A DNA stretch of 63,007 bases, counting the filler, from Lenisia limosa (lineage: Eukaryota; Protista; Breviatea): the NCBI GenBank assembly GCA_001655205.1. It is 8 parts of 8 records of this genome, joined end to end, with 100 filler letters (N's around TTAATTAATTAA, not from the genome) between each part and the next. Parts side by side here need not be neighbours in the genome. Positions count along the whole stretch, not along the records: positions 31,167 to 49,356 come from LPNZ01009245.1; positions 49,457 to 50,941 come from LPNZ01010337.1; positions 51,042 to 60,264 come from LPNZ01010104.1; 5 more parts are not named here. One strand, written 5' to 3'. Position 1 is the stretch's first letter. The number at the start of each line of letters is the position of its first letter. Under the pieces are notes generated by a model. That model worked only from the letters and a program-made list of their open reading frames with translations, made no database searches and was not told the origin of the DNA. Shown here piece by piece: positions 40,391 through 53,810 of the stretch. Both the position numbers and the translations under genes were made by a program.

Positions 40391-41250
40391 GTGGGGAGGG
40401 GGGTAAAAAGCCAAGCATAACCAAGTTTATTACGGGCTATTCTTTGCTAGTCATGAGCGCTTGAAAATATTCTTCGTGAAGCCTTATCTTCTTCTTATCG
40501 TGGATCTCATTTGACTGCACATGTTTCCCTTGATATACTAATATTCTAGATCAAATGATCGCCACCATCATCTTCCTTGGCGCTATTAATATTGTCAACT
40601 TCTTCCTTGTGTCTCTGGACTTGAGATCCCTCATCGTGCGGAGGAGGGAGTTGCTTTCTGGAAAGAAGAAACTCTGATTTAAATTTTACTGATTTGTGTT
40701 GTATTGTTCTAACTTTTTCCACTGTCATTTGCTATGGTATATATTTCTTTTTCCTTTATAGACTCTGTTCACTGTTTTTGAGGGATATGAGTTAAAGTCC
40801 ATTCAATTGCCGGTATTTCCTTGAATTTTCGAACTTCAACAGGTGAACACAATACCACAAAAGTAAAAGGGGGAAACAGAATAAATACGTATCAAAACGG
40901 AAACACTTACTATTACTAGTCCATTGCACCTCCCATCTGAAGAGATCACAATATAAGAACCGATTATTTTTGCAGTTTAGTTTAACTCGTTGTGCCAATA
41001 CACTTGTTCCCTCCAAACCATAATAGCGTCCAGTTCATGCTGGGGGATTGCCAAAGAGGGAATTCGGTCAGATCGCGTCACAGTCGTCACTATTCAGTAA
41101 ATGAAGGTATAAAACGATGTAGCCCTAATAGTGACCAAGATAAGATGTGGTACCCAAAGCAGCCACTTCCACATAACGTTGCCCTGGTTAGTTTATCATA
41201 TTGCACAGAATAATATATGATAGTATATATCTACATATGCTATTATGTAT

Positions 41251-41380
41251 AGCAATGAGAAATAAAATATAAGGTTGTGTCTGCCCGAAGCCGTCCGCAC
41301 CATTTCTAAGAGACATTGGATTACAGTATAATATATTCCCACGATCATTTGCCTTACAACTCAGTGCACACAGCTTTCTG
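41251..41380 (-). repeat. Repeat family B, copy
   Basis: AGCAATGAGAAATAAAATATAAGGTTGTGTCTGCCCGAAGCCGTCCGCACC..GATCATTTGCCTTACAACTCAGTGCACACAGCTTTCTG. Confidence 0.8.
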
Positions 41381-41939
41381 CTATTATAGTAGTAGATTAA
41401 ATGAAACATTATTCTACATTATAGCAAACCATCCCAACCGTTAACACCAAACGGCTTAGATGCTGGTGCTGGTGCTGCAGCAGTCTCTACCTGGACAGCC
41501 CTAGCAGGGTTTGAAAAAAAAANNNNNNNNNNNNNNNNNNNNNNNNNNNNNNNNNNNNNNNNNNNNNNNNNNNNNNNNNNNNNNNNNNNNNNNNNNNNNN
41601 NNNNNNNNNNNNNNNNNNNNNNNNNNNNNNNNNNNNNNNNNNNNNNNNNNNNNNAACAAAACTCTAACAGTATTTACACACTATAATATGGCGTATAATG
41701 AAATTATAACAAGTAGTATATGTATTACATGTAAGTTCATACATATATCATATTATGATTAACGATAAAATCGTGGGTCATTTTCACATGTGTGAAATCA
41801 CATTTCTCACAGTGATATAGATATGATAACCACTCATGTGGTAACTGACCGACGGAAACGTTGTTGTATTGCATTATAAACATTCTTGTAATGCTGATAT
41901 GTATCGAAATGATTTAACACGAGGGTCGATTTTGAGTGT

Positions 41940-44900
41940 TTCAGAGTTTAATTGAGACAGATCCATATTTGCCCCCAGACCCCAGAGAAGCGGCTACGGC
42001 CTTGCCAAATTGGATCAACGGAACGTGTTTAGTGGGAGCAGCCAGTGCTCGAAGGGGGAGAGTCATGAACCTGCGAGGGTCAGAGATCTGCATACTGCAT
42101 ATCACAGTATCTCTGCTTGATATCATGACTCGACATTATAATGCACACATGGTGGTTTGATAATTCCAAGGTAGTCAAACAGCGTAGTATGGGGGGAATT
42201 CTCCTGCTCCTGCTAAAATCCCCTCTTGTAATTATTAGTATGTGATTATATTCCATTGTATTTGGATTCGAGGTGTTATAACGTACCCTTGTGAAAATAG
42301 AGAGTAATTCTAGGCTCTGTGCCCAGAAGAAGAAAATTCGGTGTATAGGAGTAAATCCACCAATACTGTGAAAGGAGAAAACCAACAGTACAAATAGGTT
42401 GAATAATCCCTCTTCTAACATTTTTCTCTTCTTAGCTTGATAATAGAGGATCGCTTTGGCCGTGTAATGTTAATTGGTCGTGATGACGCGACCAAAAGTG
42501 GACACTTTCGGCTAGATTGGATGATTCTTATTTCCTCTTCCTATTACTTTATATTACTTCTGTGTTATTTTATTTCGTATGTTGGGCTTGGGTGGAAACG
42601 TTTTTGGGCTGCTGGAACTTGGAGAATATATATTAAGAATCCGGGAGAACTTTAGTCCACACAGAATATGGAATGTTTGGGATAGGGTGGACAGGAGAAA
42701 GTTGGGATAAAGACAGGATAAAGAACTCAATAATAATTATTAAATTATTATAATAGGGCTGTTCGAAGGCTGCTGCTAAAACAGAGAAACAGGAAAACAA
42801 AGGAAAAGGAATCAAGCCATTGGTCATATCATCGTCCACTCTGCCAACTAAAATCCATTAATTGAGGTATTCTAATGTGAATGAAAGTATCGTAGTATTG
42901 TATCAAAATTATGGTGGTTAATTTATCACCCCACACAATGCCCTTTGTCAGCATAACAATTCTTAGTCCCCCCCCCCCCCAANNNNNNNNNNNNNNNNNN
43001 NNNNNNNNNNNNNNNNNNNNNNNNNNNNNNNNNNNNNNNNNNNNNNNNNNNNNNNNNNNNNNNNNNNNNNNNNNNNNNNNNNNNNNNNNNNNNNNNNNNN
43101 NNNNNNNNNNNNNNNNNNNNNNNNNNNNNNNNNNNNNNNNNNNNNNNNNNNNNNNNNNNNNNNNNNNNGCTGTTTCGGCGATAGCCACGATTCTCGAAGA
43201 TGAAAACTGCCCAGTGGATGGCGGGAGGTATGACAAGGTCCCAGTAAACCCTCAAGAATGTTAATTTTATTTACTCTCAAATCGTCAGTAGCATTCTTAA
43301 ATCCTACACTGTATGTATATGTTAGGTATGTAGTATATCTAGTAAAATATAGATTGATATATGACGTAAAGCTATACCAATATAGCCTGTAATATACCAT
43401 GCAACCGCTATACTATAATATATATATGTAATATGATATGACATATTATCAAGTGGGGTCAATGCTAATCAATGACACACACTTTAGGCTCTCTATTCGA
43501 GTGGCAGAAATGTACAAATTCAACCCACGTACGCTGACCAAAGAGGAAGAGACCATTATGGAGAAAACCCTTGAAATTATCCAGGTATGTTGTATCTCAA
43601 TGATATAACACAATAAAAGTGTTTTCTTTCCGTTTCATTTGATAAGATCTTGTGACTGTTCTATTGATAACGAACTGTAGGACCTTTCTGGAAAGGAAGA
43701 AATTGCTCAGCTTCTGAAGGAGCTGAAGTTTGTCCCTTGGATGGCCAATTGGTGTGCAGTGACATTCCCCTCTGACACCGACAGGATTTTGGTTAGAGGA
43801 GTGGCTGATACTGAATGATAAATGACCTTGGGCAAGCAACACATCCTCTACTTTCTCAGGGTTCATTTTTTGGGATGCATGACTGAAACATGGGACCTGT
43901 CTCTAGTGACCATTTTAGGAGCTTCTCCTTGGGGTGACCTATAACCTGCGTCTCACATCACTTTGCGGTGAGTGCCGATGATATGATGCGACCAGCCATT
44001 TATTTTGATCGCTCACAATTATTATCTCAAACATGTTAGCTGTATCTTTGTGTGGCTTTTTATTTCATACTTAGCCACTTTCACATGCTCCCCATAGATT
44101 CGATTGATGAGCAAATGCCCATGACAATCTCCTCCAGTTTAGAGCTCTGTGAAGAGGAAATAACTTACCAGGCCTGGACAAGGTAAGAAGGTACAAAAGC
44201 CTGGACAATATAGAAGAAGGTACAAAAAATGAAAGTTTACATGTGCAAAGCTAGGTATTTATTTCAAGGATGGATACTGTGGACATGATTTGGTCCACGT
44301 CTCTGTTTTTTTTATTTGTCAGACTTGCAGCAGAGGGTGTTCGAACAGCAAAAGCACAGTGGTGTCCTGCTTTAGCCGAGTGTTATGCTCCAAGCTTGGT
44401 ATGTCGTCGTAGCTCACTTTTGACAGTAAAATCTATGAAATAATTTTTTGAAATTGAATGGACTAATTTTGATGGTTTTTGTTGAATTCCAAATGATTCT
44501 AGTTCGTCTTTTTGGCGAATTGCTCTGACGGACCGTCCATGGTGGATATCTTCAAGCTTCTAACCAGTTTAATCTGGTGAGCTGAGGGACTCTATTGATA
44601 ATGCTCCCGTAGATAACAGAATGCCATTTTCAGCATATCATGACAACTTTTCCCACGCAGGTTCACATTTGCCGAAGACAGTACCATAGGCTTGGAACAT
44701 GTCAGCGTATTCCTTGGCATACTTCTTTCGCAGAAGTCTTTGGAGGAGGAGGAAATGTTCAAGTGAGCCATAAATTATATAATACACACACACAATTATG
44801 GATTTCATTCTTTAGTCAGAGATTCATTTCGGCACTTGCAGACGTTTTAGAAATCTGTCTCATCATTGCAAACGAAGAGCAAAAGTGAGTTTATCTCAAT

Positions 44901-45220
44901 TCAAACGTTTATTTCGCTCATCATTTGTAGTTCAAAACTCAGTGACATGATATCCCAGCATATTGACAGCTTTGTCATGAAGGGAAGGAAATGTTTGCGG
45001 CTCTCTACGTGGAATTTGTGGATATAAATTATTGAAACTAATAATTGTAGATTTCACTCTTGAGTCAGAGTCATTATTCAGTAGGTGGTTTATAACAACT
45101 ACAAGATTTGAATTGCAATATACTATCCATAGTTTTTTTTTTCTCGTATATTCTTAAACTTTTCAGGTGAATTACTACAAATTCAGGCCGAAACTAGGTT
45201 GCATCGTATTTAAGTATTTA
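41940..45220 (+). CDS. Multi-exon gene of unknown function (helical-looking)
   Basis: Consecutive GT-AG exons RVAEMYKFNPRTLTKEEETIMEKTLEIIQ, DSIDEQMPMTISSSLELCEEE, LAAEGVRTAKAQWCPALAEC, FTFAEDSTIGLEHVSVFLGILL, RFISALADVLEICLIIANEEQK, SKLSDMISQHIDSF. 5' end uncertain. Confidence 0.6.
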
Positions 45221-45247
45221 TTTGTAAACTATCTTGTTGTGAAATAT

Positions 45248-48200
45248 TTAAACTGATCTCAGAATTGCCCAGGGAGGTTGTACAAACAACAATTGTAAAT
45301 ACCTTTCTTTGTACATTAACAACACACTGAATCTACCACCATGGCATCCACCCTTCGTACATAGTCTTGAGCTTTTCAGGGTCTTTGGCGCAGCAAATGA
45401 GATCGTAGACCTAGGGGTGCTTGTGACAAACAGTCTGTTTAAAGCATGAAATTGAGGGTAAATTTGATTGGTACTCACACTAAATATGGAAGATAATAGA
45501 CCTATTATTGGTGGTGGTATACCCCCCACATCATCAGCCACGGTTTCAGGATCAGCAGATCGTCTCAGGAAGTCGTCAATATGCTCCAGAGTCTCCATCA
45601 CAGACTTGAGTGCTACATTCATGAGGCATGGGCTATGTTGGCATGGTTTAAATACAAGACGATGCAAAAGTATCATGATATCAAGACCTTTGATTTTATG
45701 AAATGATGAGGATGAGAGGGCTCAGGAGCTTTTAGACTCACCTCCCTTGAGAATTGGCTTCGACGAATCTTCCTGTTCTTCAACAAACGCTTCGTCAGCA
45801 CATTCGATATCACTCACTAGGGGGAGGGGGGGAGTAAAATTGGAAAATTTATGAAAAAAAAAGAAGCCCAAAATCAACTCTGTTGGCTGACAACACAAAG
45901 GTGTGGGTGTACAGAATGTTCTGTGACGTATTAGATGTGGAGAGAGAGAGTCCTGTGAAAACATGAGTAGTACTGTTACAATGATGTGTAGAGAGAGGGT
46001 GAGTATATGATATATATATGGTGTTTCAGTGGAAGGCACTATATCCTGATTAATAAGCTCATGATTAATAAGCTCATGATGCCCCTGATTAATAAGCTCC
46101 TCATTGATACGGAAACGTGCCTGTCAAAGTCACCCAGCCCACAGTCATCCGAATCGTCATCGCTCATCGCAGCGGCGGTGGGAGTTTCAACTTCGTCATG
46201 GGAATTTTGGCCAAGACCGGCACGACCAAGAGATTCGACTGCGGAGAGGGTGGATGCTACCCGAGTTCTGGGGTGGTGAGGAGGATGCGTATGGGTGAAG
46301 GTTGGAGGAGTGTGTGTAATAGTTACAGCTAAAAGTCAAATATTAATCCTGTTGTCTCGACGCAAATGAAGTGCTTACCTGAACCCTCTGAGAAGCTTGG
46401 TGCCGGAGCCGGAAGGACCTTCAGAACTGTTTTGGTAAGAGACACTGCGACCTTTTATCAAAGATACGTGCGTTCATCAAGGATTATGGAGGAATTCAAA
46501 TTCTGCCAGTATGACGTGTCGTAGTCATTTTGATCTCCTTGAAATTCGCACCAGAAAACGTGAATTAGTCCTCTTTTATGGATTATGGGTAGTACCTTTA
46601 CGCCAATATTCTTCATTGGAATTTCCTGCGCCCCTTCCCACCCGCGAAGTCTCTTCAGGGCAGCCGCGATGTCGTCACAAGCCCCAGGCCGGGCAGACGC
46701 TTCGAAGTTCAGTCGCGCACTGGGGGGAACGCCGGCACTACAGAGGGTTCGGTCAAGGATGGCAGAGATTTGCTGACACGCTGTAGAGGCGGCTCGGGCT
46801 CTNNNNNNNNNNNNNNNNNNNNNNNNNNNNNNNNNNNNNNNNNNNNNNNNNNNNNNNNNNNNGGGGAGTTCAGCTTCAGCCCAAAAGGGAATGCAATACT
46901 GGTGTTGTCTGGAATGATGGAGCACTTTGGCTCGTAAGACACAAATTAACTGGTGATGTTTTGATTTATCGAGGTAGCTTGTCACTCAAGAACCGAAATG
47001 AAGCCCTATCAATGGAGAACCAACTTTTGCTAGTAAGAAGAGACGGTCGTCAGTTGGAGCGAGTTGCAGCTCCGCATCTCCCGAGTGGGCAATTCTATTG
47101 GGAATAAGCGAAGACTACAATGGAGTTTCAACAGGGATGGCAAAAGGAGCCACAAGACAATACCATCATCTGCTACACAGTCTGAAATAGTCCGCACGGG
47201 TTCCCACGATAGTTCAGCACAGACGGTGGTGAGATAGCTCATTTGCGACATCATGCCCCGGGCAATCCTGAGCACTGATATTGTGGAGGTAGCAATGGTG
47301 GTGGCGGCCGGGAGGGGAGCGCTGGGGGGGGGGGNNNNNNNNNNNNNNNNNNNNNNNNNNNNNNNNNNNNNNNNNNNNNNNNNNNNNNNNNNNNNNNNNN
47401 NNNNNNNNNNNNNNNNNNNNNTGGAACGGTCTGTATGAATGGGAACAAATGCAATACATATAACCCTACTAGACTAGTTTCTGAATGTTGCTGATCAGCT
47501 TACGAATCAAGGATGCTTTGGGCCTCTCTTTGTCTCCTTTTCAGCTCGTTCAATGCTCGTGTATTCTCTGAGTGGAGCAGCTTTTCATGCTGTTTGGCTG
47601 CGGGAATAAGTTGTTGAGAACAAGCTAATAGAGATTAAATAACATCAAGGGGTATGATGGTATTATGGCAGAGCCATCAAAGAGTCCCATTTCAGTATAA
47701 AAGTGACCAAAACTTAGATTTCATCAGAAATAATCATATAATTCGATGATGTCTTGTGAACCCATACCCTTTCTCAGTCCAAGCCCCTCTGTACCTTCAC
47801 GTAGGCCAGTTTCTGTATCTTCACTTTGGGCGTCCCTCATATCATCAAGAGCCTGGAGAGGGGGGGGGGGGGNNNNNNNNNNNNNNNNNNNNNNNNNNNN
47901 NNNNNNNNNNNNNNNNNNNNNNNNNNNNNNNNNNNNNNNNNNNNNNNNNNNNNNNNNNNNNNNNNNNNNNNNNNNNNNNNNNNNNNNNNNNNNNNNNNNN
48001 NTTCTGCAGCGCCGCATTCCGTAACTCGTGAAAACCGCTCATAGCATTATTAACGAGAGATTCAAAAAAGACAAGAAAAATATTAATGTTCTTGAGTTGA
48101 AGATAAATAAAAAATAAATAAGAAGGCCCCCCACCTGAACGAACTTGGTGATGACCGGAGTGGCTTTGGTTGAGAGGAGGTCGGAAGTGCTCAGAGTGTG

Positions 48201-49340
48201 GACAGTTGTCACGGATTCGCCTATCTTGACCAGAAATTGCAGCGAGCTGGGGGCGTAAATAATAGTAATAATAAAAACAAACAAACAAAAAAAAACAGAA
48301 TCTAATGAAAGCAGAACTCTTTTAGTTATATGTAAGTTTAAGACACAGTAAAACTCCACACCACCAATATCCTAATTATCCTGACATGTGCAGCTTTTTT
48401 TTACTATCATTTGAATGGAAAGAAGAGAAAATATATCCTTTAGACATGTTAGAATAATAACAAGGACCCGCACCTTTTGAGCTGTTCGAGACGCTGTTTG
48501 TTCATTCTGAGGGCCTTGCGCATGACATCTGAGGTGCGGCCCTTTCCGGCAAGTCGAAGCTCTTTCTGGACCTATTGGGGGGGGGGGGGGNNNNNNNNNN
48601 NNNNNNNNNNNNNNNNNNNNNNNNNNNNNNNNNNNNNNNNNNNNNNNTATTCGTTCAGCTTTCGATAACCTTTATTATCAGGTTATTAAGCTTTTCATAT
48701 CTGCAACACTTTAATCGTCATAAGCGCCATTTTAGAGCCCATTGAACCTACATTGACAAAAGCCTTGTCTAAGAGAGAGTTGAATACATCGATGTCTGCA
48801 ACAAGTGCCTTTGTAGGGGCTATCAGGCTGGGGGGGGGGGNNNNNNNNNNNNNNNNNNNNNNNNNNNNNNNCGTTCGCATCACTATGGAAAAAAACCTTA
48901 TACAAAAGTACCTTAAAAAGAGCATCCTCAGAGCTTCCAGAAACAAACCACAAAAATGACCAACAAACAACCTACTTCTGTATCCTTGAGACCTGTCGTG
49001 ACCAAATGGCGAGGTGACTTTGAACCCATTCAGGGAGCTGTGATGGTTGGTTAGTTGAGGGAATAGCTATTGGTCATGGTCACCAATGGTGAGAATGTCA
49101 AATGCATAATTATTAAGATTGAAAACCATTATTACTATACCCATATGAGAGGCTATTGACTGGAGTGAAGTCTGTTCACTGTAACATGGAGCTATTAAAA
49201 CAAAAGACTGAAATGTTTTGGTAGCATAAAGCCATGTTGATACTGAGTACCGCCGACCAAGTGGGCAATCGGAAGGAGAAGCGATGCTCTCGACCAAATC
49301 AGCGCCGAGACATCTGGCGTGTCCTATGCGGGTCAAAGCT
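45248..49340 (-). CDS. Large multi-exon gene, 3' part, unknown function (weak resemblance to FHIP/FAM160 C-terminus)
   Basis: Exons SLIAPTKALVADIDVFNSLLDKAF, VQKELRLAGKGRTSDVMRKAL, LQALDDMRDAQSEDTE, VSDIECADEAFVEE and GLDIMILLHRLVFKPCQHSPCLMNVALKSVMETLEH, most with poly-C acceptors. Coding status is good; family identity is weak. Confidence 0.55.
45817..45903 (-). repeat. Intron-3'-end repeat family C, copy in intron 45817-46110
   Basis: TTTGTGTTGTCAGCCAACAGAGTTGATTTTGGGCTTCTTTTTTTTCATAAATTTTCCAATTTTACTCCCCCCTCCCCCTAG|TGAGTGAT. Confidence 0.9.
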
Positions 49341-49456
49341 AATGGGGGGGGGGGGCNNNNNNNNNNNNNNNNNNNNNNNNNNNNNNNNNNNNNNNNNNNN
49401 TTAATTAATTAANNNNNNNNNNNNNNNNNNNNNNNNNNNNNNNNNNNNNNNNNNNN

Positions 49457-52400
49457 TAAACTTGGTCAACTATTCAAAGAAGCCGAACTTGCTCTGAAAA
49501 AGGTTAGTATTGCTTTTCAACATGGCCAGTTTACCATTCTAGCTGATCGAAGATGAAAAAATCAATAGGAAAGCATACGAAAATATCATTGAAACCATTG
49601 TGAAGCACCTCCATGACATTACACCTGAAGTGAAACTCAAGAGAGACCGGATTCTTTTCTTTGATGAAATCGCATGGATGAAATCAAAATGGGAAGGAGT
49701 CAAGGGTGAACCCTTGGTTTCGCCCATTCGCATTTGTAGTCTTTCTGGAGAAGTGGTCGAGTCAGCAATTGTGGCTGGAGGGCACAACTACTATGACAAA
49801 GCAGTGAAAGCCAATGAAATGACAATGAAGAAAAAGAAGAAACAATCAAAAAGGTCATCTGTTTCAACTGGTGATAAAATTTGTGATGGTTTTGCAAACT
49901 GGATGGCAGATCACCCCCCATCTGACACTGATAGAATGGAAGCTCCCTCTCAAAGCGCTATGAAGCACAATATGCATCATATTGGAGTTACAAAGAGCGC
50001 ATTCTTTTCAGTGGAGGGATTTCTCAAGACACTTTCAATTATTCAAAGTAACCATATTCGGATGGTTGGTGATTCTGCAAGGATTCACACTGCGGCAGAG
50101 GTAAGNNNNNNNNNNTTCTCAAAGAGCAGTTGAAAGTGCTATGAAGCACAATATGCATCATATTGGAGTTACAAAGAGCGCATTCTTTTCAGTGGAGGGA
50201 TTTCTCAAGACACTTTCAATTATTCAAGTCCAAGTAACCATATTCGGATGGTTGGTGATTCTGCAAGGATTCACACTGCGGCAGAGGTAAGAAGCTAACA
50301 CTTATTCGCCTTAACCAAGTTTTCTCAACTCGTTTTAGGTCGCAGCAAATGCGTTCACAACGTATGGTATTATTTTAACGACAGAACCCGCCTCAACATC
50401 CCATTTCCTCCAGGTTTGATAGTGATAATGAGGTGGATTATTGTGAATTATCTTCGCTCATTTTTAAGGTTGCGGACTCCTACTATCATGTCTTTGTTAA
50501 TCGTGAGCTGACTCGATTGATTAATGAATACCTTGTCTCCCAAAAAATACGTTTGCTGGGTTATGGTGACGACAATACAAGAAATGGCTCCAATATACTG
50601 CNNNNNNNNNNCCTCATTTTTTAAGGTTGCGGACTCCTACTATCATGTCTTTGTTAATCATGAGCTGACTCGATTGATTAATGAATACCTTGTCTCCCAA
50701 AAAAATACGTTTGCTGGGTTATGGTGACGACAATACAAGAAATGGCTCCAATATACTGCTCTGACAGTTCAGAGAAATGGATGTGTCGGTTGCAGTTGAA
50801 ATTGGTGCGAAAGCACTGAGATCTCCAAGCTACTCTATTGTATGTGCATCGCTTCTATCATGTGGATATACTCCTGATGGTTATGAACCACATAAAATCT
50901 CAAGTAGTGTTTATAACAAAGGAGCACTCTTCCGCCCCCTTNNNNNNNNNNNNNNNNNNNNNNNNNNNNNNNNNNNNNNNNNNNNTTAATTAATTAANNN
51001 NNNNNNNNNNNNNNNNNNNNNNNNNNNNNNNNNNNNNNNNNTTACTTATCTTGATGTCACCGTTATGAACCCGAGCTTTACCAATCATTGGAATCCTCCT
51101 CGATATTATCAAGGTACAAAATGACTTGGAGCCTCTAAGGTTTGCCGTCAGAAGCTTTCCTGACTTTGGCTCACTCGCTATTGAGGAGAAAATCTCGTCT
51201 TCATATTCTCTTGCTGAGGACAAAGGCGTTCTACGTTATCTTTCTGAGTCCACCGTAGCTTATGTTGTTAACGTAAGAAGGCAACTATTTGTATTCACTG
51301 TTGCTGAGTACCCTTTTTTGGCTTTTCATGTTCACTAATTGATTAGGTGAAACGTAAACAAGTTTCATAGTATAAGCATGGGGCTGTGAAGCGAAGACCT
51401 GGGTGTGCAACATACTCCATCCTGATATTGACGACCATTTTCTGCGACTTGTCTTGGAGCGTATTGTCCGTGGCGAGAACCCGAACACCACCGAGTTGAG
51501 AGAGATGGTGGGAGGGGGGGGGGGTAAATTTACATGTTCATTCTGTTTNNNNNNNNNNNNNNNNNNNNNNNNNNNNNNNNNNNNNNNNNNNNNNNNNNNN
51601 NNNNNNNNNNNNNNNNNNNNNNNNNNNNNNNNNNNNNNNNNNNNNNNNNNNNNNNNNNNNNNNNNNTTTATTACTGCACCAGCCCTGACATTGATTTAAT
51701 GAAAAACAGTAGTTTACAGCATATGTTGTGTAAATCATCAGAGAAAATATAATGAGACTAAAAAACAATCATAAAAAAACAAGAGCACACCAATATACAG
51801 AAATGCGAGAGGGGATCCCCTGTAAATACTCTCGGAGGGCATCTTCATCTATAAAATCGTAAGCTACGATAAAGAAGCGAAGGAGATGTTTTGATGGGAA
51901 CAGCTGGATTGTAGATGTGATGAAGGGAGACTCTAGTTTTGGAAACATTAAAGATACAGTTGGTATAACACTTTAAGATAACAAGAACACACTGAAAGAG
52001 GATAAGGGATTTCACCTAGAGCAAGGTAAAAATTACTACTTCTCTCTCTATGCCTGCATAAAGTAGATAAAGAAGTGTACTTTTAAAATCTGAAAGCCAT
52101 TTTCAAAACTGCATTTACTGTGACGACTTTTTGCCAAAAATCTCTCAAGGTGACTGAACCACCTTAAAAGGAGATTAGCTGCCTGCCTGTGCATTTTTAG
52201 CCTTTAAATATGAAGTTCACGCTCTTTTGAGACGTCAAGGACTTGCCAAGAACAGAAGCAGCAGCAATCTCCTGCTCCCACCTCCGAGCAGCGACTTCGC
52301 CCTGGCCCTCATCAAGTAGTTAAAAGTTCGCCAATATTGTCAGATAAGCAATGTACTCGATACACATCAATAATGCCGAAATCATTCTCACTTTCAGAAC

Positions 52401-52730
52401 AACTCTGAGCTCTGTGAGGTGCTTTACAAGACCTTTGACACCTCATCCTTGGGGACGCAGCTCCTGACTTGCGTTTCGGCCGGTAAGCTGAAGCGTGCCA
52501 ATGAGGTCACCCAGCCTATTCTGAGGTATGTTGCTGTAAGATATCATATATTTGATTTAAAGGGTATGAACAAGGTTAAGAAGCTAATCAACATGTTTTT
52601 TTCAATATTATGGTGGTTCAGTCCTTTTTTAATTTTGTGCGTTGTAACAATAGTCATTGCTCCGAGAGAAGTCCTCCACCTGAACAAGGTTAAGGATACG
52701 TCCTGGATGGTAAAACCCTCTCTTAGTATA
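49457..52730 (+). CDS. Fragmented coding segments of unknown gene(s) across gaps and a linker
   Basis: Long open exon 49555-50100 (KHLHDITPEVKLKRDRILFFDEIAW..), VADSYYHVFVNRELTRLINEY, LEPLRFAVRSFPDFGSLAIEE, ILHPDIDDHFLRLVLERIV and NNSELCEVLYKTF. Contiguity across the 50942-51040 linker is not guaranteed. Confidence 0.5.
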
Positions 52731-52774
52731 CTCCGGTGCCTCCTTCGGCCTCGATCAAACCACCCAGCTCTATA

Positions 52775-52915
52775 AGTAGCGCGCCACGCTTCTTAGCACT
52801 AGTATACGGGCACCACAGACTATTATGGGCAATGTAGTAGTGGTAGTGCCGACAATGGTTTCAGAGGTTTTCTGTATAAAGGGGGTTTCACTTAAATACA
52901 AGTGAACTGAACTTT
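52775..52915. repeat. Dispersed ~140-bp repeat E, copy 1
   Basis: CACGCTTCTTAGCACTA..TAGTGGTAGTGCCGACAATGG..GAGGTTTTCTGTA..TTTCACTTAAATACAAGTGAACTGAACTTT. Second copy at 58523. Confidence 0.75.
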
Positions 52916-53242
52916 GAAATAGTGCCTCTAATTCTTCATAGAATCCTGGTAGAATCTGGTAGAATTATTAGAGACTATGGTCAGCTGACCATTTCGTTTT
53001 TTGGACATAATTGTTCTTTGGTTGCGGGTGTCATTTTCTCCCCCCTTAGTAATAAGGAGGAGTTGAACAATTGACACTCTTGAGGTTGTTTGTTCAATAT
53101 TTGTTTTTCAATTTCTTGAAGAAAAGCGATGTTAACCTCACTTTAACTCTTTACAGCTAAATCGTGATTTATTTCACAGTATTTTTTCTCTAAAATGTCG
53201 CAAGCATTTGTGTATCTTCGTTCATATTGCAACATAGAGGTA

Positions 53243-53324
53243 TACAGTGACCGGGAGAAGTCTTGACCAATTTACTATGTGATTTCCCAAGGAAAATAGG
53301 TCAAGGCTTCTCCTGGTCACTGTA
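53243..53324. mobile_element. Tc1/mariner-like MITE family D, copy 2
   Basis: TA|CAGTGACCGGGAGAAGTCTTGACC...GGTCAAGGCTTCTCCTGGTCACTG|TA. About 24-bp TIRs starting CAGT and flanked by TA. Confidence 0.8.
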
Positions 53325-53749
53325 AGTATAGATGTAGTGTTTCGTATTTGACTATTTTTAGGCTGTTCTTGCTGGTTCATGGAGTGGTGGAATATCATGT
53401 TGGAACCTCAGTAATCGAGAAGACTTGTCCTCTATTAGTTTTGAAGGTTTTCATTGTAGAATAAACAGGACACCATGAGCGTGTACTTGATTTGACCTCA
53501 ATACCTTCATCAAATGTTTTTGCCAGTTCATGCTCTGATTCCTCAGTGTACCTTTGGAACATTGACAAGTTTTTTTTTTCTGAAACTGACTTTTTAGAAA
53601 GAGCAGTACCGGACAATTTGTTGGTCATGAGAAAAGAGTGAACTGTCTTACAACACACCCAACTGGTCGCTTTTTGGTGTCTGGGAGGTATGGTGTTTGT
53701 GAAATTAAGTATAGGATGAATACTACCATTACCTTGTTTTTTTTTCTCA

Positions 53750-53798
<49 letters not shown>

Positions 53799-53810
53799 CT
53801 CTCTCTCTTT
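53750..53810. repeat. (CT)n microsatellite
   Basis: Direct observation. Confidence 0.9.

Noticed and set aside
45248-45700. Firm assignment as FHIP/FAM160
   Set aside because: Only one short segment resembles the family from memory, and the following exon does not.
50106-50760. Near-identical duplicated blocks either side of 10-N gaps (49940-50105/50116-50290 and 50450-50600/50612-50760)
   Set aside because: Typical unmerged overlapping contig ends in scaffolding, not a real tandem duplication.
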